Below are positions 17,547-25,917 of a DNA stretch of 40,952 nt, piece after piece (the first letter of the stretch is position 1; each line of letters starts with the position of its first letter). The translations under genes were made by a program, and so were the position numbers. Source of the DNA: a virus (taxonomy: Duplodnaviria; Caudoviricetes); the IMG/VR virus record IMGVR_UViG_3300035141_000004, positions 1 to 40,952 of that record; one strand, 5' to 3'. The notes beneath the pieces were generated by a model. It saw only the letters and a list, made by a program, of their open reading frames with translations, was not told the DNA's origin and searched no databases.

Positions 17547-20176
17547 CAAATCGATTGCCTGACTATCCTGTGATACCATCTGCGCCTGAGCCGGTCACCG
17601 CCACACCAGCACAGCGATCTGTTGTCAGTAGGACGCGGATCAATCGCGTCTCAAGACAGACACGCGAGCGGTCGCTATCTTATGCTGGGCACGGCGCAAG
17701 GGTGCCTATTGTATACGGCAAGGCCAGGCTTGGTCCTTTGGTGGCCCAGGCCGTCACCTATCAAAGCCATCTTGTCATGTGCCTTGTGTGGTGCGTCGGC
17801 GAGATCGAGGCAATTGACGGGCTGTATCTACAGGATGGGTCTGCCGCTCCAGCGTCTGTGACCGCCACGCACTACACCGGCACCACGACTCAGGGAGTTG
17901 ATCCCACACTTGCTGCCGCCATATCTGGCTGGACGCGCGACCTTGTCGAGACGGTTAACGGCGAGACTGTCGCGCTTGCTTACTCGGTGGTAAGTATAGC
18001 TCAATCGCGTGACATGGATATACCGTCGTTTGTCGCAGAAATCCGAGGCAAAAAGCTATATGATCACCGCGAGGTGACTCACGATATCGATGATCCTACC
18101 ACATGGGAGTACACCGAAAACCCCGCTCTGGCTCTGGCCGACATGGAGATGTCCACTGTATACGGTCGAGGCAACAGCTTGGACTGGGATAGCGTGGATG
18201 ACGTTGCAGATGATTGTGATGAGATCGTTGCCGCAACAGAGGCAAGGCGCAAGCTTGGCCTGGTGATAGATACCAAGTCACCGGTTGATGACTGGGTTGA
18301 TACTCTGTCTGTATATGCTGGGTGCTATGTCAATGTGGACGGCGACACAACACGGCTGATCAGTAATCGCCCTGCGTCGCCGGTTGCATCACTCACAGCA
18401 GCAGATATAGTGTCCAGGTCGGACGGCGCTCCTGATATTGATATCAGCATAAGATCGATGCTGGATGTCCCAACCGTCATGCACATACAGTACACCGATA
18501 CGACCGGCGATGTATGGCGCGATGCGTCAGCGTATGCGTATGCCGATGGCGTGCTTGCCGGCACCACCGAGTGGAGAGAGTCTACAGTCAGGCTGCCAGG
18601 TATCACCAGATACACGCAGGCATATCGCGAGGCCGTTGAGCGCCTCAATATGTTGGCGTTAACAGATCTTGATGTATCGTGGCTCACCCATGATGAGGGC
18701 CTTAAATACCAGGTCGGTGATGTGGTCACCGTCACGACCGGAAGAGGCCTGACCGCAAAGCAGATCAGAGTCACTGACATCGTACCACCAGAGCCTGGCC
18801 GTTGGCGGGTGTCTGGACATGAGTATCAGGATGCCGTCTATAGCGATGCCGTCGAGTCAGAGCCGACATACACTGACACCGATCTACCGTCGCCGCTCAA
18901 TCCACCAGCGCCTACTGGCCTGACTCTTGCAGAGGAAGTGTATCAGGGTTTGAATGGTATATGGGCGTCACGTATCGCAGTTGACTGGGATGCGTCAGAA
19001 TATGTGTATCTCAATCAGTGGGATGTTGAGGTATACGATGGAGCGACCTTGGTATTTCGCGGGTCGACCTCTACCAATAGCTATGCTTCGCCAGCCGTCA
19101 ATGATGATACTGAATACACCGTCAAAGTACGCACTGTATCTACCGTCGGCGCTCAATCTTCTTGGGCAGAAGATACCATCACAGCGGCCGGCAAATCGCT
19201 GATACCGTCAGACGTGCCAAGCGTAGATGCCTATGAGGTCGGTGGCGAGACTAGGGCAAACTGGACACCTGCGACCGATGTTGATATATGGCGGTATGAG
19301 GTGAGGTATGCTGCGGTTGGCGCAAGCTGGGATGCCGGCGTCGTAATTGATCGCGTGGATGCCTTGCGCCTGGTGTCTGGTGAGGTGCCGCCAGGGACAT
19401 GGGATCTGATGGTCAAGGCCCTGGATTCTATCGGACAGTATTCGGCCAATGAGGCGCGCTCCACATACGTGGTGACCAGTGACAGCGGTGCGTATATCGT
19501 AGACTCAAACGATTTCGATTCGCCAACACTCACCAACATGCACGAGTACAAATTGTGGCGCGGCGACAGCCTGACAAGATATGTCACGGATGCAGGTGAT
19601 ACTGCAGCCAGTATTTTTACAGGTGACCTGACAGCTTATACTGATGTGGCGGCAACATATCACTCGTCATGCACATCAGAGGTACTATCAGAGACATGGG
19701 ATGCGACATATAGCATCACTGGTACGTGGTCAAGTCATGCTGATAGGGAGGAGCTTGGAGCCACCACCACACTTGAGACATACCTCGAGCTATCGGATGA
19801 CGATATAGACTGGGATCAGTATGCATATCTCACAACCAAGCGGGCCGCAAGATACGCCAGACTGCGCGCCAAGACCACGACAACCGGCACGCTCTATTGC
19901 ACAATGCCGGAATGGTCTGCAAATGTCAACGTGATCCCGCGTGTTGAGACTGGATCTGGCACAAGCAGCGCATCCGGTGGCGTCACGATATCCACAGTGA
20001 ACCAATATGCGGCAGCACAGTCTATTAAGATAACGCCTTTAGGTACTGCGTCACGTCCGTGGACTGTCGACAATATCCAGGTACTGTCTGATCACGTCGA
20101 GTTCGACGTCTATATCTTTGATTCAGATGGCAATCTTGTCGCCACGCCTTTTCAATGGGAGTTTAGAGGAATTTAA
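17543..20176 (+). CDS. Tail tip/host-specificity protein (gpJ-like, FN3 domains)
   Basis: VPIVYG, GEIEAI, RGKKLYD.R, W.YT.NPAL, GDVVTV, PPAPTGL FN3-like segments. Confidence 0.88.
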   Translation: MTNRLPDYPVIPSAPEPVTATPAQRSVVSRTRINRVSRQTRERSLSYAGHGARVPIVYGKARLGPLVAQAVTYQSHLVMCLVWCVGEIEAIDGLYLQDGSAAPASVTATHYTGTTTQGVDPTLAAAISGWTRDLVETVNGETVALAYSVVSIAQSRDMDIPSFVAEIRGKKLYDHREVTHDIDDPTTWEYTENPALALADMEMSTVYGRGNSLDWDSVDDVADDCDEIVAATEARRKLGLVIDTKSPVDDWVDTLSVYAGCYVNVDGDTTRLISNRPASPVASLTAADIVSRSDGAPDIDISIRSMLDVPTVMHIQYTDTTGDVWRDASAYAYADGVLAGTTEWRESTVRLPGITRYTQAYREAVERLNMLALTDLDVSWLTHDEGLKYQVGDVVTVTTGRGLTAKQIRVTDIVPPEPGRWRVSGHEYQDAVYSDAVESEPTYTDTDLPSPLNPPAPTGLTLAEEVYQGLNGIWASRIAVDWDASEYVYLNQWDVEVYDGATLVFRGSTSTNSYASPAVNDDTEYTVKVRTVSTVGAQSSWAEDTITAAGKSLIPSDVPSVDAYEVGGETRANWTPATDVDIWRYEVRYAAVGASWDAGVVIDRVDALRLVSGEVPPGTWDLMVKALDSIGQYSANEARSTYVVTSDSGAYIVDSNDFDSPTLTNMHEYKLWRGDSLTRYVTDAGDTAASIFTGDLTAYTDVAATYHSSCTSEVLSETWDATYSITGTWSSHADREELGATTTLETYLELSDDDIDWDQYAYLTTKRAARYARLRAKTTTTGTLYCTMPEWSANVNVIPRVETGSGTSSASGGVTISTVNQYAAAQSIKITPLGTASRPWTVDNIQVLSDHVEFDVYIFDSDGNLVATPFQWEFRGI

Positions 20177-20179
20177 ATC

Positions 20180-20557
20180 ATGGCCTATACCCACTTTGAC
20201 AGAACAACTCCTGATGCCGCCACACAAAGTATAACAGAAATCACGACATCTACAAGGGCCAATTTCGCCGCGCTCCAAGACGCCATCATCACAACCGGCA
20301 CTGTTCCGCAGTGGGATGCCGAGGCGCAGGATAGCGACGGCGGTACTCCGCCAACTACGCCGGAGACCCCAGATCAGATAGTGTACAGCAAAGATACCGA
20401 GCGAGTCAAGGTGGCAATCACTTGGTCCGGTGATGATCTAATGACGTCCGCAGTCTTTAGCTACTCATCTAATGGCGGCACCGACTACGACTCGATGGGT
20501 ACTATCACCATCACATACGACGTAAACGACAACTACCTGTCGCATGCGTGGAGCTAA
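20180..20557 (+). CDS. Hypothetical tail-associated protein
   Basis: Clear RBS; Thr/Asp-rich; within tail cluster. Confidence 0.65.
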   Translation: MAYTHFDRTTPDAATQSITEITTSTRANFAALQDAIITTGTVPQWDAEAQDSDGGTPPTTPETPDQIVYSKDTERVKVAITWSGDDLMTSAVFSYSSNGGTDYDSMGTITITYDVNDNYLSHAWS

Positions 20558-20560
20558 ATA

Positions 20561-21496
20561 ATGATACCATTACTTGCTAATATCCCGGCTCGCCTTAAGA
20601 CCCTGACAGACAGACTCACTGCGGCGCGGGCATCCAACCTTGACAATATCGACTCCACTACGATGGGTCGCCTGGATGTTGCTGTATCGACGGTTGGAAA
20701 GGTCCGCAAGACCCAGGTCTTTACTTCGTCCGGCACGTGGCCCAAGCCTGATGGCGTGGACTCTGTGCGCGTGATACTTGTCGCAGGCGGCGCAGGCGGT
20801 GGATCTGTTGACGCCAATACGGTCAATCGATGCGGCGGCGGCGGCGGCGGCGGTCAGGTCATTGAGCGCGACCTTGCGGTGACCGATGACATCACAGTCA
20901 CAATCGGCGCCGGTGGCGCGGGCGGCACTAGCGGAACCGTCGGATCTAATGGCGGCAATAGCACATTGACTGTTGGCGCGTCACTGACGGCTTACGGTGG
21001 CACAGGTGGAGGCGTTGGGTCCAGTACGTCTACAGACAGAGATGGTGTAGATGGTAACGGCAATACAGGCGGCGCAGGCGTGTACTTATCGACAGGCGTT
21101 GGTGGTAATGGTGCGGGTGCCGGTGGATCGCCAGAGACACTGGCTACCACGTCATCTGGCGGTGTTGGTGGTGTGCCTACGTATGGATATCGCGGCGGCT
21201 TTGCATTTATCCCGTCAAACTTATATGGCATGCTGCATCCTGGTCCTGGGCTGTGTGGATATGGCGGCGGCGGAACCGGCGGATCGAGGTACCCGCTTAC
21301 TGATGCAACTAACGGCGCATTTCTTACAACCGCCGTCGATGGCGGCGGCAGTGGTGCCGCTGGAACGGCTGGTGCCGGTGGTGATGCTGTTGCCAATACG
21401 GGCGGCGGCGGCGGCGGCGCGTTCAGCTCAACAGCCACTCAGTACGATGGCGGTGACGGCGCAGACGGCATCTGTATTATCACCTGGTTTGAGTAA
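20561..21496 (+). CDS. Glycine-rich domain tail fibre-like protein
   Basis: QVFTSSGTW.KP.GV..V.V.LV.GG.GG ... GG.GADGICII.W motif. Confidence 0.8.
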   Translation: MIPLLANIPARLKTLTDRLTAARASNLDNIDSTTMGRLDVAVSTVGKVRKTQVFTSSGTWPKPDGVDSVRVILVAGGAGGGSVDANTVNRCGGGGGGGQVIERDLAVTDDITVTIGAGGAGGTSGTVGSNGGNSTLTVGASLTAYGGTGGGVGSSTSTDRDGVDGNGNTGGAGVYLSTGVGGNGAGAGGSPETLATTSSGGVGGVPTYGYRGGFAFIPSNLYGMLHPGPGLCGYGGGGTGGSRYPLTDATNGAFLTTAVDGGGSGAAGTAGAGGDAVANTGGGGGGAFSSTATQYDGGDGADGICIITWFE

Positions 21497-21501
21497 GTGA
21501 T

Positions 21502-21897
21502 ATGGCTAAATTCGCAATCGTTATTGATGGGGTGATTGATAATATCTTGGTGGCAGACTCGCACCCGGCCGGCATAGATGTGACCGGTCTTAGGTGTGGT
21601 CCTGGGTGGACGTATGACGGCGAGACTTTTTCGCCGCCTGTTCGTCCGGTAACACCCGATCCGCCGAAAAAGTGGAGCGCGAGAAATTTTATTGGGGAGT
21701 TCACGCTGGCAGAGCGCGGCGCTATATTGGCGGCAAGCCAAACAGACTCGATGATCTCTGCATATATCCTTACGCTACAGGTGGCTGGCACGGTACGCGC
21801 AGAGGATCAGGACACGATAGATGGACTGCACTATCTAGAGTCACAAGGACACATCGGCGCTGGTCGCGCAGATGAAATATTGGGAGTATCATCATGA
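21502..21897 (+). CDS. Putative tail fibre assembly/chaperone-like protein
   Basis: FAIV.DGV..NI.V, GPGWTYDGETF.PP, F...FT.AER; follows Gly-rich gene. Confidence 0.6.
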   Translation: MAKFAIVIDGVIDNILVADSHPAGIDVTGLRCGPGWTYDGETFSPPVRPVTPDPPKKWSARNFIGEFTLAERGAILAASQTDSMISAYILTLQVAGTVRAEDQDTIDGLHYLESQGHIGAGRADEILGVSS

Positions 21898-22271
21898 GTA
21901 TACTGGATCACATCAATCCTGTGAGTAACGTCGTCAAGGAGACTGGCGAGGCGCTTGATAACCTGTTTACCTCTGATGAGGAGCGGCTTGCCGGTCGAGC
22001 GATCTTACAAAAGCTACAAATAGCCTATGAGTCTGAGCTGTCCAGACGTCACGAGGCGGACATGAAATCAGATAGCCGCTTTGCAAAGCTTGTGCGGCCA
22101 GTAACTCTGGTATGCTTATTGCTTGCCGTTGTTGGCTTGGCTGTTACCGATGGCAACATTGGCGAATTTGTCATTAAGGAAAAGTGGATCGACCTGCTTG
22201 AAACGCTGGCTTCAGCAGCATTCGTGTTTTACTTTGGTGGCAGATCAATCGAGAAGGCGTTCAAGAAATAA
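21894..22271 (+). CDS. Holin (3TM/GTA-type holin-like)
   Basis: LDNLFTSDEER, R..ADM.SD...VRP, TM segments, FYFGGRS.EK end. Confidence 0.85.
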   Translation: MSILDHINPVSNVVKETGEALDNLFTSDEERLAGRAILQKLQIAYESELSRRHEADMKSDSRFAKLVRPVTLVCLLLAVVGLAVTDGNIGEFVIKEKWIDLLETLASAAFVFYFGGRSIEKAFKK

Positions 22272-22296
22272 AAAAGACCCGGATCTAATCCGGGTC
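22270..22296 (-). terminator. Intrinsic terminator at convergence of early and late transcription
   Basis: GACCCGGAT-CTA-ATCCGGGTC with U-run on - strand. Confidence 0.8.
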
Positions 22297-22324
22297 AAGG
22301 TCTGGTTATTCTGTTGGCAAGGAA

Positions 22325-22552
22325 TTAATTTACTTGCTTTGGTGTCAGCCTATACACATCGCCATTGTACTTGATCGTGTCAATAGACAGTCTCTCAGGT
22401 GTTGATGGCACCTCCCACCATACACCTCTTACCCCTTCTGCCGGCATAGTCACTCTATCGCTGTGCTCCTCGGTGTACTGCCAGCCATCACCCTCTGTGT
22501 ATCGCAAGACCCGCGTAAATGTCGGTGTGTGATATTTGTATGTGTATTGCAT
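22325..22552 (-). CDS. Hypothetical protein
   Basis: ORF with GGAGAG RBS; last gene of the promoter-23297 cassette. Confidence 0.65.
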   Translation of the reverse strand: MQYTYKYHTPTFTRVLRYTEGDGWQYTEEHSDRVTMPAEGVRGVWWEVPSTPERLSIDTIKYNGDVYRLTPKQVN

Positions 22553-22554
22553 AA

Positions 22555-22722
22555 TCACTCTCCAAAATGATTCTTCAGCGCCTCAATAACTGCAACAGGA
22601 CTGTTCTTTGTGCCGCCTGGTACGCTGTTGATGATTGAGTATACGCGAGCCACGCCGTAAATCATAATCAGCTTGTTAGCGTATTGCTGCGCTTGTTTTG
22701 TTAGTGCGGATGGTTTAATCAT
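22555..22722 (-). CDS. Hypothetical 55-aa protein (paralogue of 22719-22898); not in ORF track
   Basis: MIKPSALTKQAQQYANKLIMIYGVARVYSIINSV...ALKNHFGE; ATGA overlap and GGAGAG RBS. Confidence 0.7.
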   Translation of the reverse strand: MIKPSALTKQAQQYANKLIMIYGVARVYSIINSVPGGTKNSPVAVIEALKNHFGE

Positions 22723-22898
22723 GATTGCTCTCCGAATTGTGCGTCGAGTGCCGCATGTACGGCAGTTATATAGTCTAATGACAGGCTGCTTGATTGGACA
22801 CTGTTCACTACAGAGTATACCTGTGCAAGCCCGTGTGTCATTATCAGCCTGTTGATCCTGTAGATCATTTGTACGTATTCGTTGCCGTGATGTTCCAT
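22719..22898 (-). CDS. Hypothetical 59-aa protein; not in ORF track
   Basis: MEHHGNEYVQMIYRINRLIMTHGLAQVYSVVNSV...ALDAQFGEQS; fills the gap and resembles its neighbour. Confidence 0.7.
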   Translation of the reverse strand: MEHHGNEYVQMIYRINRLIMTHGLAQVYSVVNSVQSSSLSLDYITAVHAALDAQFGEQS

Positions 22899-22913
22899 AA
22901 TGGTGTCTGCCTG

Positions 22914-23228
22914 TTAGTGTAACTGACCGCCACTTGCTTCCATCAGGTTACTGATGGTGGCAAGGTCGGTAATGTCTTGTATCACAAATGCTTTGCCGTC
23001 CACATCGTCGATGTATGTGTCATGTAAACGCACCACAATCGTGCCAGCGTTTACGCCGTCACATACAGCCAACACATGATCAGGCAGCGGCACCACATCA
23101 GAGATCAGTGCAAGCACGTAAGTATCTTGACAGTACACACTGATCACGCGAGCGCTCATTTTGGCTATCCTGATCAGTGTGGCTGCGTCTGCTGCCGTCC
23201 TGGCGTTTGTGAAGAGGTTGATGAACAT
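22914..23228 (-). CDS. Hypothetical protein
   Basis: Start MFINLF after AGGA RBS, downstream of promoter. Confidence 0.65.
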   Translation of the reverse strand: MFINLFTNARTAADAATLIRIAKMSARVISVYCQDTYVLALISDVVPLPDHVLAVCDGVNAGTIVVRLHDTYIDDVDGKAFVIQDITDLATISNLMEASGGQLH

Positions 23229-23269
23229 GTCTGTTTCCTGTATGTCTGTTTGTCTCTCTGTTAATAGTA

Positions 23270-23297
23270 ATAATAGCATACACTGACACGGTGTCAA
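23270..23297 (-). promoter_or_regulatory. sigma70-type promoter (TTCCTTGACA family)
   Basis: TTGACA-N16-TATTAT with TGn extension. Confidence 0.7.
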
Positions 23298-23306
23298 GGA
23301 ACAAAA

Positions 23307-24830
23307 CTACTGAGACGCAAGCTCACGCATCATTGGCGATAGCTTGCCCTTGACGGCAGATACCAGACCGCGCTTACCATTGGCATATATAAGGCCGTGT
23401 GTGATCATCCAGCTAGAGTATCCGACAGCATAATCATGCTCAAGCTCTGCTGTGCCAACTTGATAACACCCCTTATATATACCTGGCGTGTGCGGGTGAC
23501 CCGTCATTGTCTTGTGGCCTGTGCGGGCGAATGCCTTGCCGCTGCCTTTGGTTCCGTTTGGTCCGCGATGTCCGTGCTGTGAGACATCAATACTAGCAAT
23601 CTCGCGAAGCTGGTTCCCATTCACAAACTCCGGAACATTTTTTGCGTATCGCTCAACAAACAGCCTAAACAGATCGCGGCTATTGTTGGTGCGCGCAAGC
23701 TCGCCAAGCTCGTAATAGAGGTCTATATTTACAGGGTCGCGCTCAGGACGAAAGCGATTGAACCACTGCGCCAGATGGTCGTGGTGGTTAGATGATATAA
23801 CAAGACAGTGAGCTTCTTGCTTATCCAGAAATCTGACAGACTGCATAAGCTCTTTTCGGATGTCCTGGTCTTGATGTGTGAGCTGCCACAGCTTATCTTT
23901 TGCGTGGTGGTGCGAATGCGCGCTATGGTTGTGTAGGTCATGGTAGACCTGATTGACCGGCTGCAGTGCGCGTGTCACCTGATCAAGCAATCTTCTGTTA
24001 CGTGGCTTAACTTCGGCTATGTGGATATCGCCATAGACAATAGCCTCCGGCCGATAGCTCTCGCCATCGCAGCCATCTGGCGTGTAGTACTTGTCAAAAA
24101 GATACGCGCCGTGTCCGTCATAGTGTACCTCGGTGGTCCAATATGAGTCGCCCTCGACCTCGATGAAGACCGCCGACAGTGAGTGATGAAAGGCGGCCTT
24201 TTGCGCGCGAGGTGATCCGCCATATCCTTTTTTGCTGATCGATCCAGTGGTGCGGATCATCTTTGGTAGCACATGCTTAGATGTCGGCACCATCTCCATC
24301 GCTACCTGTGGATGTCCGTATATCTCAGACTGGATACCAGCAGCATTATTCATCCCGGCCAAAGGATTGATATTGGTGTAGTTGATGTGTGTGTTGCCAC
24401 GTATCACAAGATTTTTATTTAGCCGTACGTCCTTGTTGCAGATGTACGGCACGATCTCAACTGGCCACCTCATGGATCGCTGTATGCCCTGGTGAAAAAG
24501 ATCTGGATTCCTATAACGCGCCGGTATTAGCAGATAGCATGCGTCCAGATCATCCGCCATCGCCTTTAGTGTCTGGTGCCAGCCGGTGACGATCTGTACG
24601 TCGTTAGTTGCGGACGCGATCAAAAATCGCTTGTGCTTCTTGATCTCGCTGGCCTTTGTTTCCGGCAGGATCTGCGGAGCGTCATACAGTCTTGTCGTTG
24701 TGCGCGTCTTGCATGACGGGCACCGTAAGCGAGTGCGCCCGCTGCCGGCCTTGTGCTTAAGGGCTTTCATTCCTCTATTGCCGCATACTGGGCAATAGAG
24801 ATCGTTATTGATCTCTATTGGTTTTGGCAT
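23307..24830 (-). CDS. Metallophosphoesterase-fold nuclease, T5 A1-like, with N-terminal Zn ribbon
   Basis: CPVCG/CPSC; GHPQ, TTGS, AAFHH; MPP motifs GDIH, HDLHN, SNHHDHL, HGH.GPNG, GHPH. Confidence 0.75.
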   Translation of the reverse strand: MPKPIEINNDLYCPVCGNRGMKALKHKAGSGRTRLRCPSCKTRTTTRLYDAPQILPETKASEIKKHKRFLIASATNDVQIVTGWHQTLKAMADDLDACYLLIPARYRNPDLFHQGIQRSMRWPVEIVPYICNKDVRLNKNLVIRGNTHINYTNINPLAGMNNAAGIQSEIYGHPQVAMEMVPTSKHVLPKMIRTTGSISKKGYGGSPRAQKAAFHHSLSAVFIEVEGDSYWTTEVHYDGHGAYLFDKYYTPDGCDGESYRPEAIVYGDIHIAEVKPRNRRLLDQVTRALQPVNQVYHDLHNHSAHSHHHAKDKLWQLTHQDQDIRKELMQSVRFLDKQEAHCLVISSNHHDHLAQWFNRFRPERDPVNIDLYYELGELARTNNSRDLFRLFVERYAKNVPEFVNGNQLREIASIDVSQHGHRGPNGTKGSGKAFARTGHKTMTGHPHTPGIYKGCYQVGTAELEHDYAVGYSSWMITHGLIYANGKRGLVSAVKGKLSPMMRELASQ

Positions 24831-24831
24831 G

Positions 24832-24906
24832 CTATCCTCTCGATGCTGCGTAGGCTGTCTCTATCAACAACATAATGCCGGTCCCAATCAAAAGTAATTC
24901 AAGCAT
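24832..24906 (-). CDS. 24-aa hydrophobic micropeptide
   Basis: MLELLLIGTGIMLLIETAYAASRG; GGAGATAAACAATG start; stop 1 nt before A1-like ATG. Confidence 0.6.
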   Translation of the reverse strand: MLELLLIGTGIMLLIETAYAASRG

Positions 24907-24909
24907 TGT

Positions 24910-24996
24910 TTATCTCCTTGACAGCATCTCTACGAGAGCAATTAACATCATACCAATAATAAGGCCAAGCGAAAAAGCAGCAAAACTCTCAATCAT
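24910..24996 (-). CDS. 28-aa single-TM micropeptide
   Basis: MIESFAAFSLGLIIGMMLIALVEMLSRR; GGAGATAAACAATG start. Confidence 0.65.
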   Translation of the reverse strand: MIESFAAFSLGLIIGMMLIALVEMLSRR

Positions 24997-25011
24997 TGTT
25001 TATCTCCAGTA

Positions 25012-25128
25012 TCAGTCAGAAAGCAAACACACAACAAACCCGACCATGAACCCCACGAACGCGCCGCCGAAGATCAATATAAGTTTTATTGCCTCAAGCT
25101 CTGTGATTCCAAGTGCTGACTCAAGCAT
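25012..25128 (-). CDS. 38-aa single-TM micropeptide
   Basis: MLESALGITELEAIKLILIFGGAFVGFMVGFVVCLLSD; GGAGATAAACAATG start. Confidence 0.65.
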   Translation of the reverse strand: MLESALGITELEAIKLILIFGGAFVGFMVGFVVCLLSD

Positions 25129-25495
25129 TGTTTATCTCCACATCGTGTAATAGATATAATCTATCGTTTAAAAAGTCTAATAGCTTTTGCTGTGCATCAT
25201 GCGCTCCGTATGCGTAGAAATGCGAGTAGCCCAGATCTATTAGATATCCTTCCCAACCTTTTTGTTCCGTAGATATCCTTCCTCCTTTCTGGCGCTTCAT
25301 CTCGATCCAGAGATACCAGGCCGGGATGTATAGGTCTGGCACGCCACTAGATGCGCCTTCCGCCTTCATGTCGGCCGCCGTCTTTTTGTGTCTAAACCCC
25401 CCGTTGGGTATCGCAAAGATCCGCACAGCAGGAAAGGTCTTCCTGAACCAGGCGACGAATGCAACCTGTTCGTTGTGCTCGCTTGGTAGTGACAT
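25121..25495 (-). CDS. VRR-NUC domain nuclease
   Basis: SEH.EQ, FAIPNGG.R, K.EG..GVPDL, IEMKR..GGR.S..Q..W. Confidence 0.9.
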   Translation of the reverse strand: MSLPSEHNEQVAFVAWFRKTFPAVRIFAIPNGGFRHKKTAADMKAEGASSGVPDLYIPAWYLWIEMKRQKGGRISTEQKGWEGYLIDLGYSHFYAYGAHDAQQKLLDFLNDRLYLLHDVEINNA

Positions 25496-25917
25496 CAGAA
25501 AAACTTTCCTAATGCGCTGCGTATCTTTCCAACCAGGCCGTTACCGCCGCCACCGCCAGCACCGACGCATGTCCACATAAGGACACTGCCGTATGCACTG
25601 GCAAGATATTCGCTGGCAGGATGCTGCCCGCCAGCGCCTCCTGGCATGTCTGGTTCTTGTTTGACTTCGTCTTGGTCTGCTGCCCTTCCTGCCTTGTATC
25701 CCATGCAAAAATTATATAAGTCGCCGTGGTCTGTCACAAGCCCAATCTCTTTTCCGTCACTTGCAAATATCAGGATGTGGTCGCGGCGACGCGTCACGCC
25801 ATCATGTGTGCGGTACGACAGCGTGAACCCAAGCTCATCGGCCAGCTTTTGCACTCGCTTGTGTAGCTCGTATGCTACCAGGGCCTTGTGTGTATCTTTG
25901 TCTTGCATGTCAATCAC
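25495..25917 (-). CDS. Hypothetical protein
   Basis: Coupled to helicase and VRR-NUC genes. Confidence 0.6.
   Translation of the reverse strand: MIDMQDKDTHKALVAYELHKRVQKLADELGFTLSYRTHDGVTRRRDHILIFASDGKEIGLVTDHGDLYNFCMGYKAGRAADQDEVKQEPDMPGGAGGQHPASEYLASAYGSVLMWTCVGAGGGGGNGLVGKIRSALGKFF

Larger units (their letters stand above)
24904..25139 (-). repeat. Three identical 14-bp direct repeats (RBS+ATG)
   Basis: CATTGTTTATCTCC at 24904, 24994 and 25126. Confidence 0.9.

Noticed and set aside
20821-21470. GGC tandem repeats
   Set aside because: Explained by poly-Gly coding in the glycine-rich protein
17543-21496. Diversity-generating retroelement or invertible tail-fibre system
   Set aside because: No reverse transcriptase, invertase or TR/VR pair noticed
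22297-22330. Further copy of the promoter family (GCAAGGAATTAA)
   Set aside because: -35 degenerate (TTGCCA), no -10, and it points into a terminator; at most a relic
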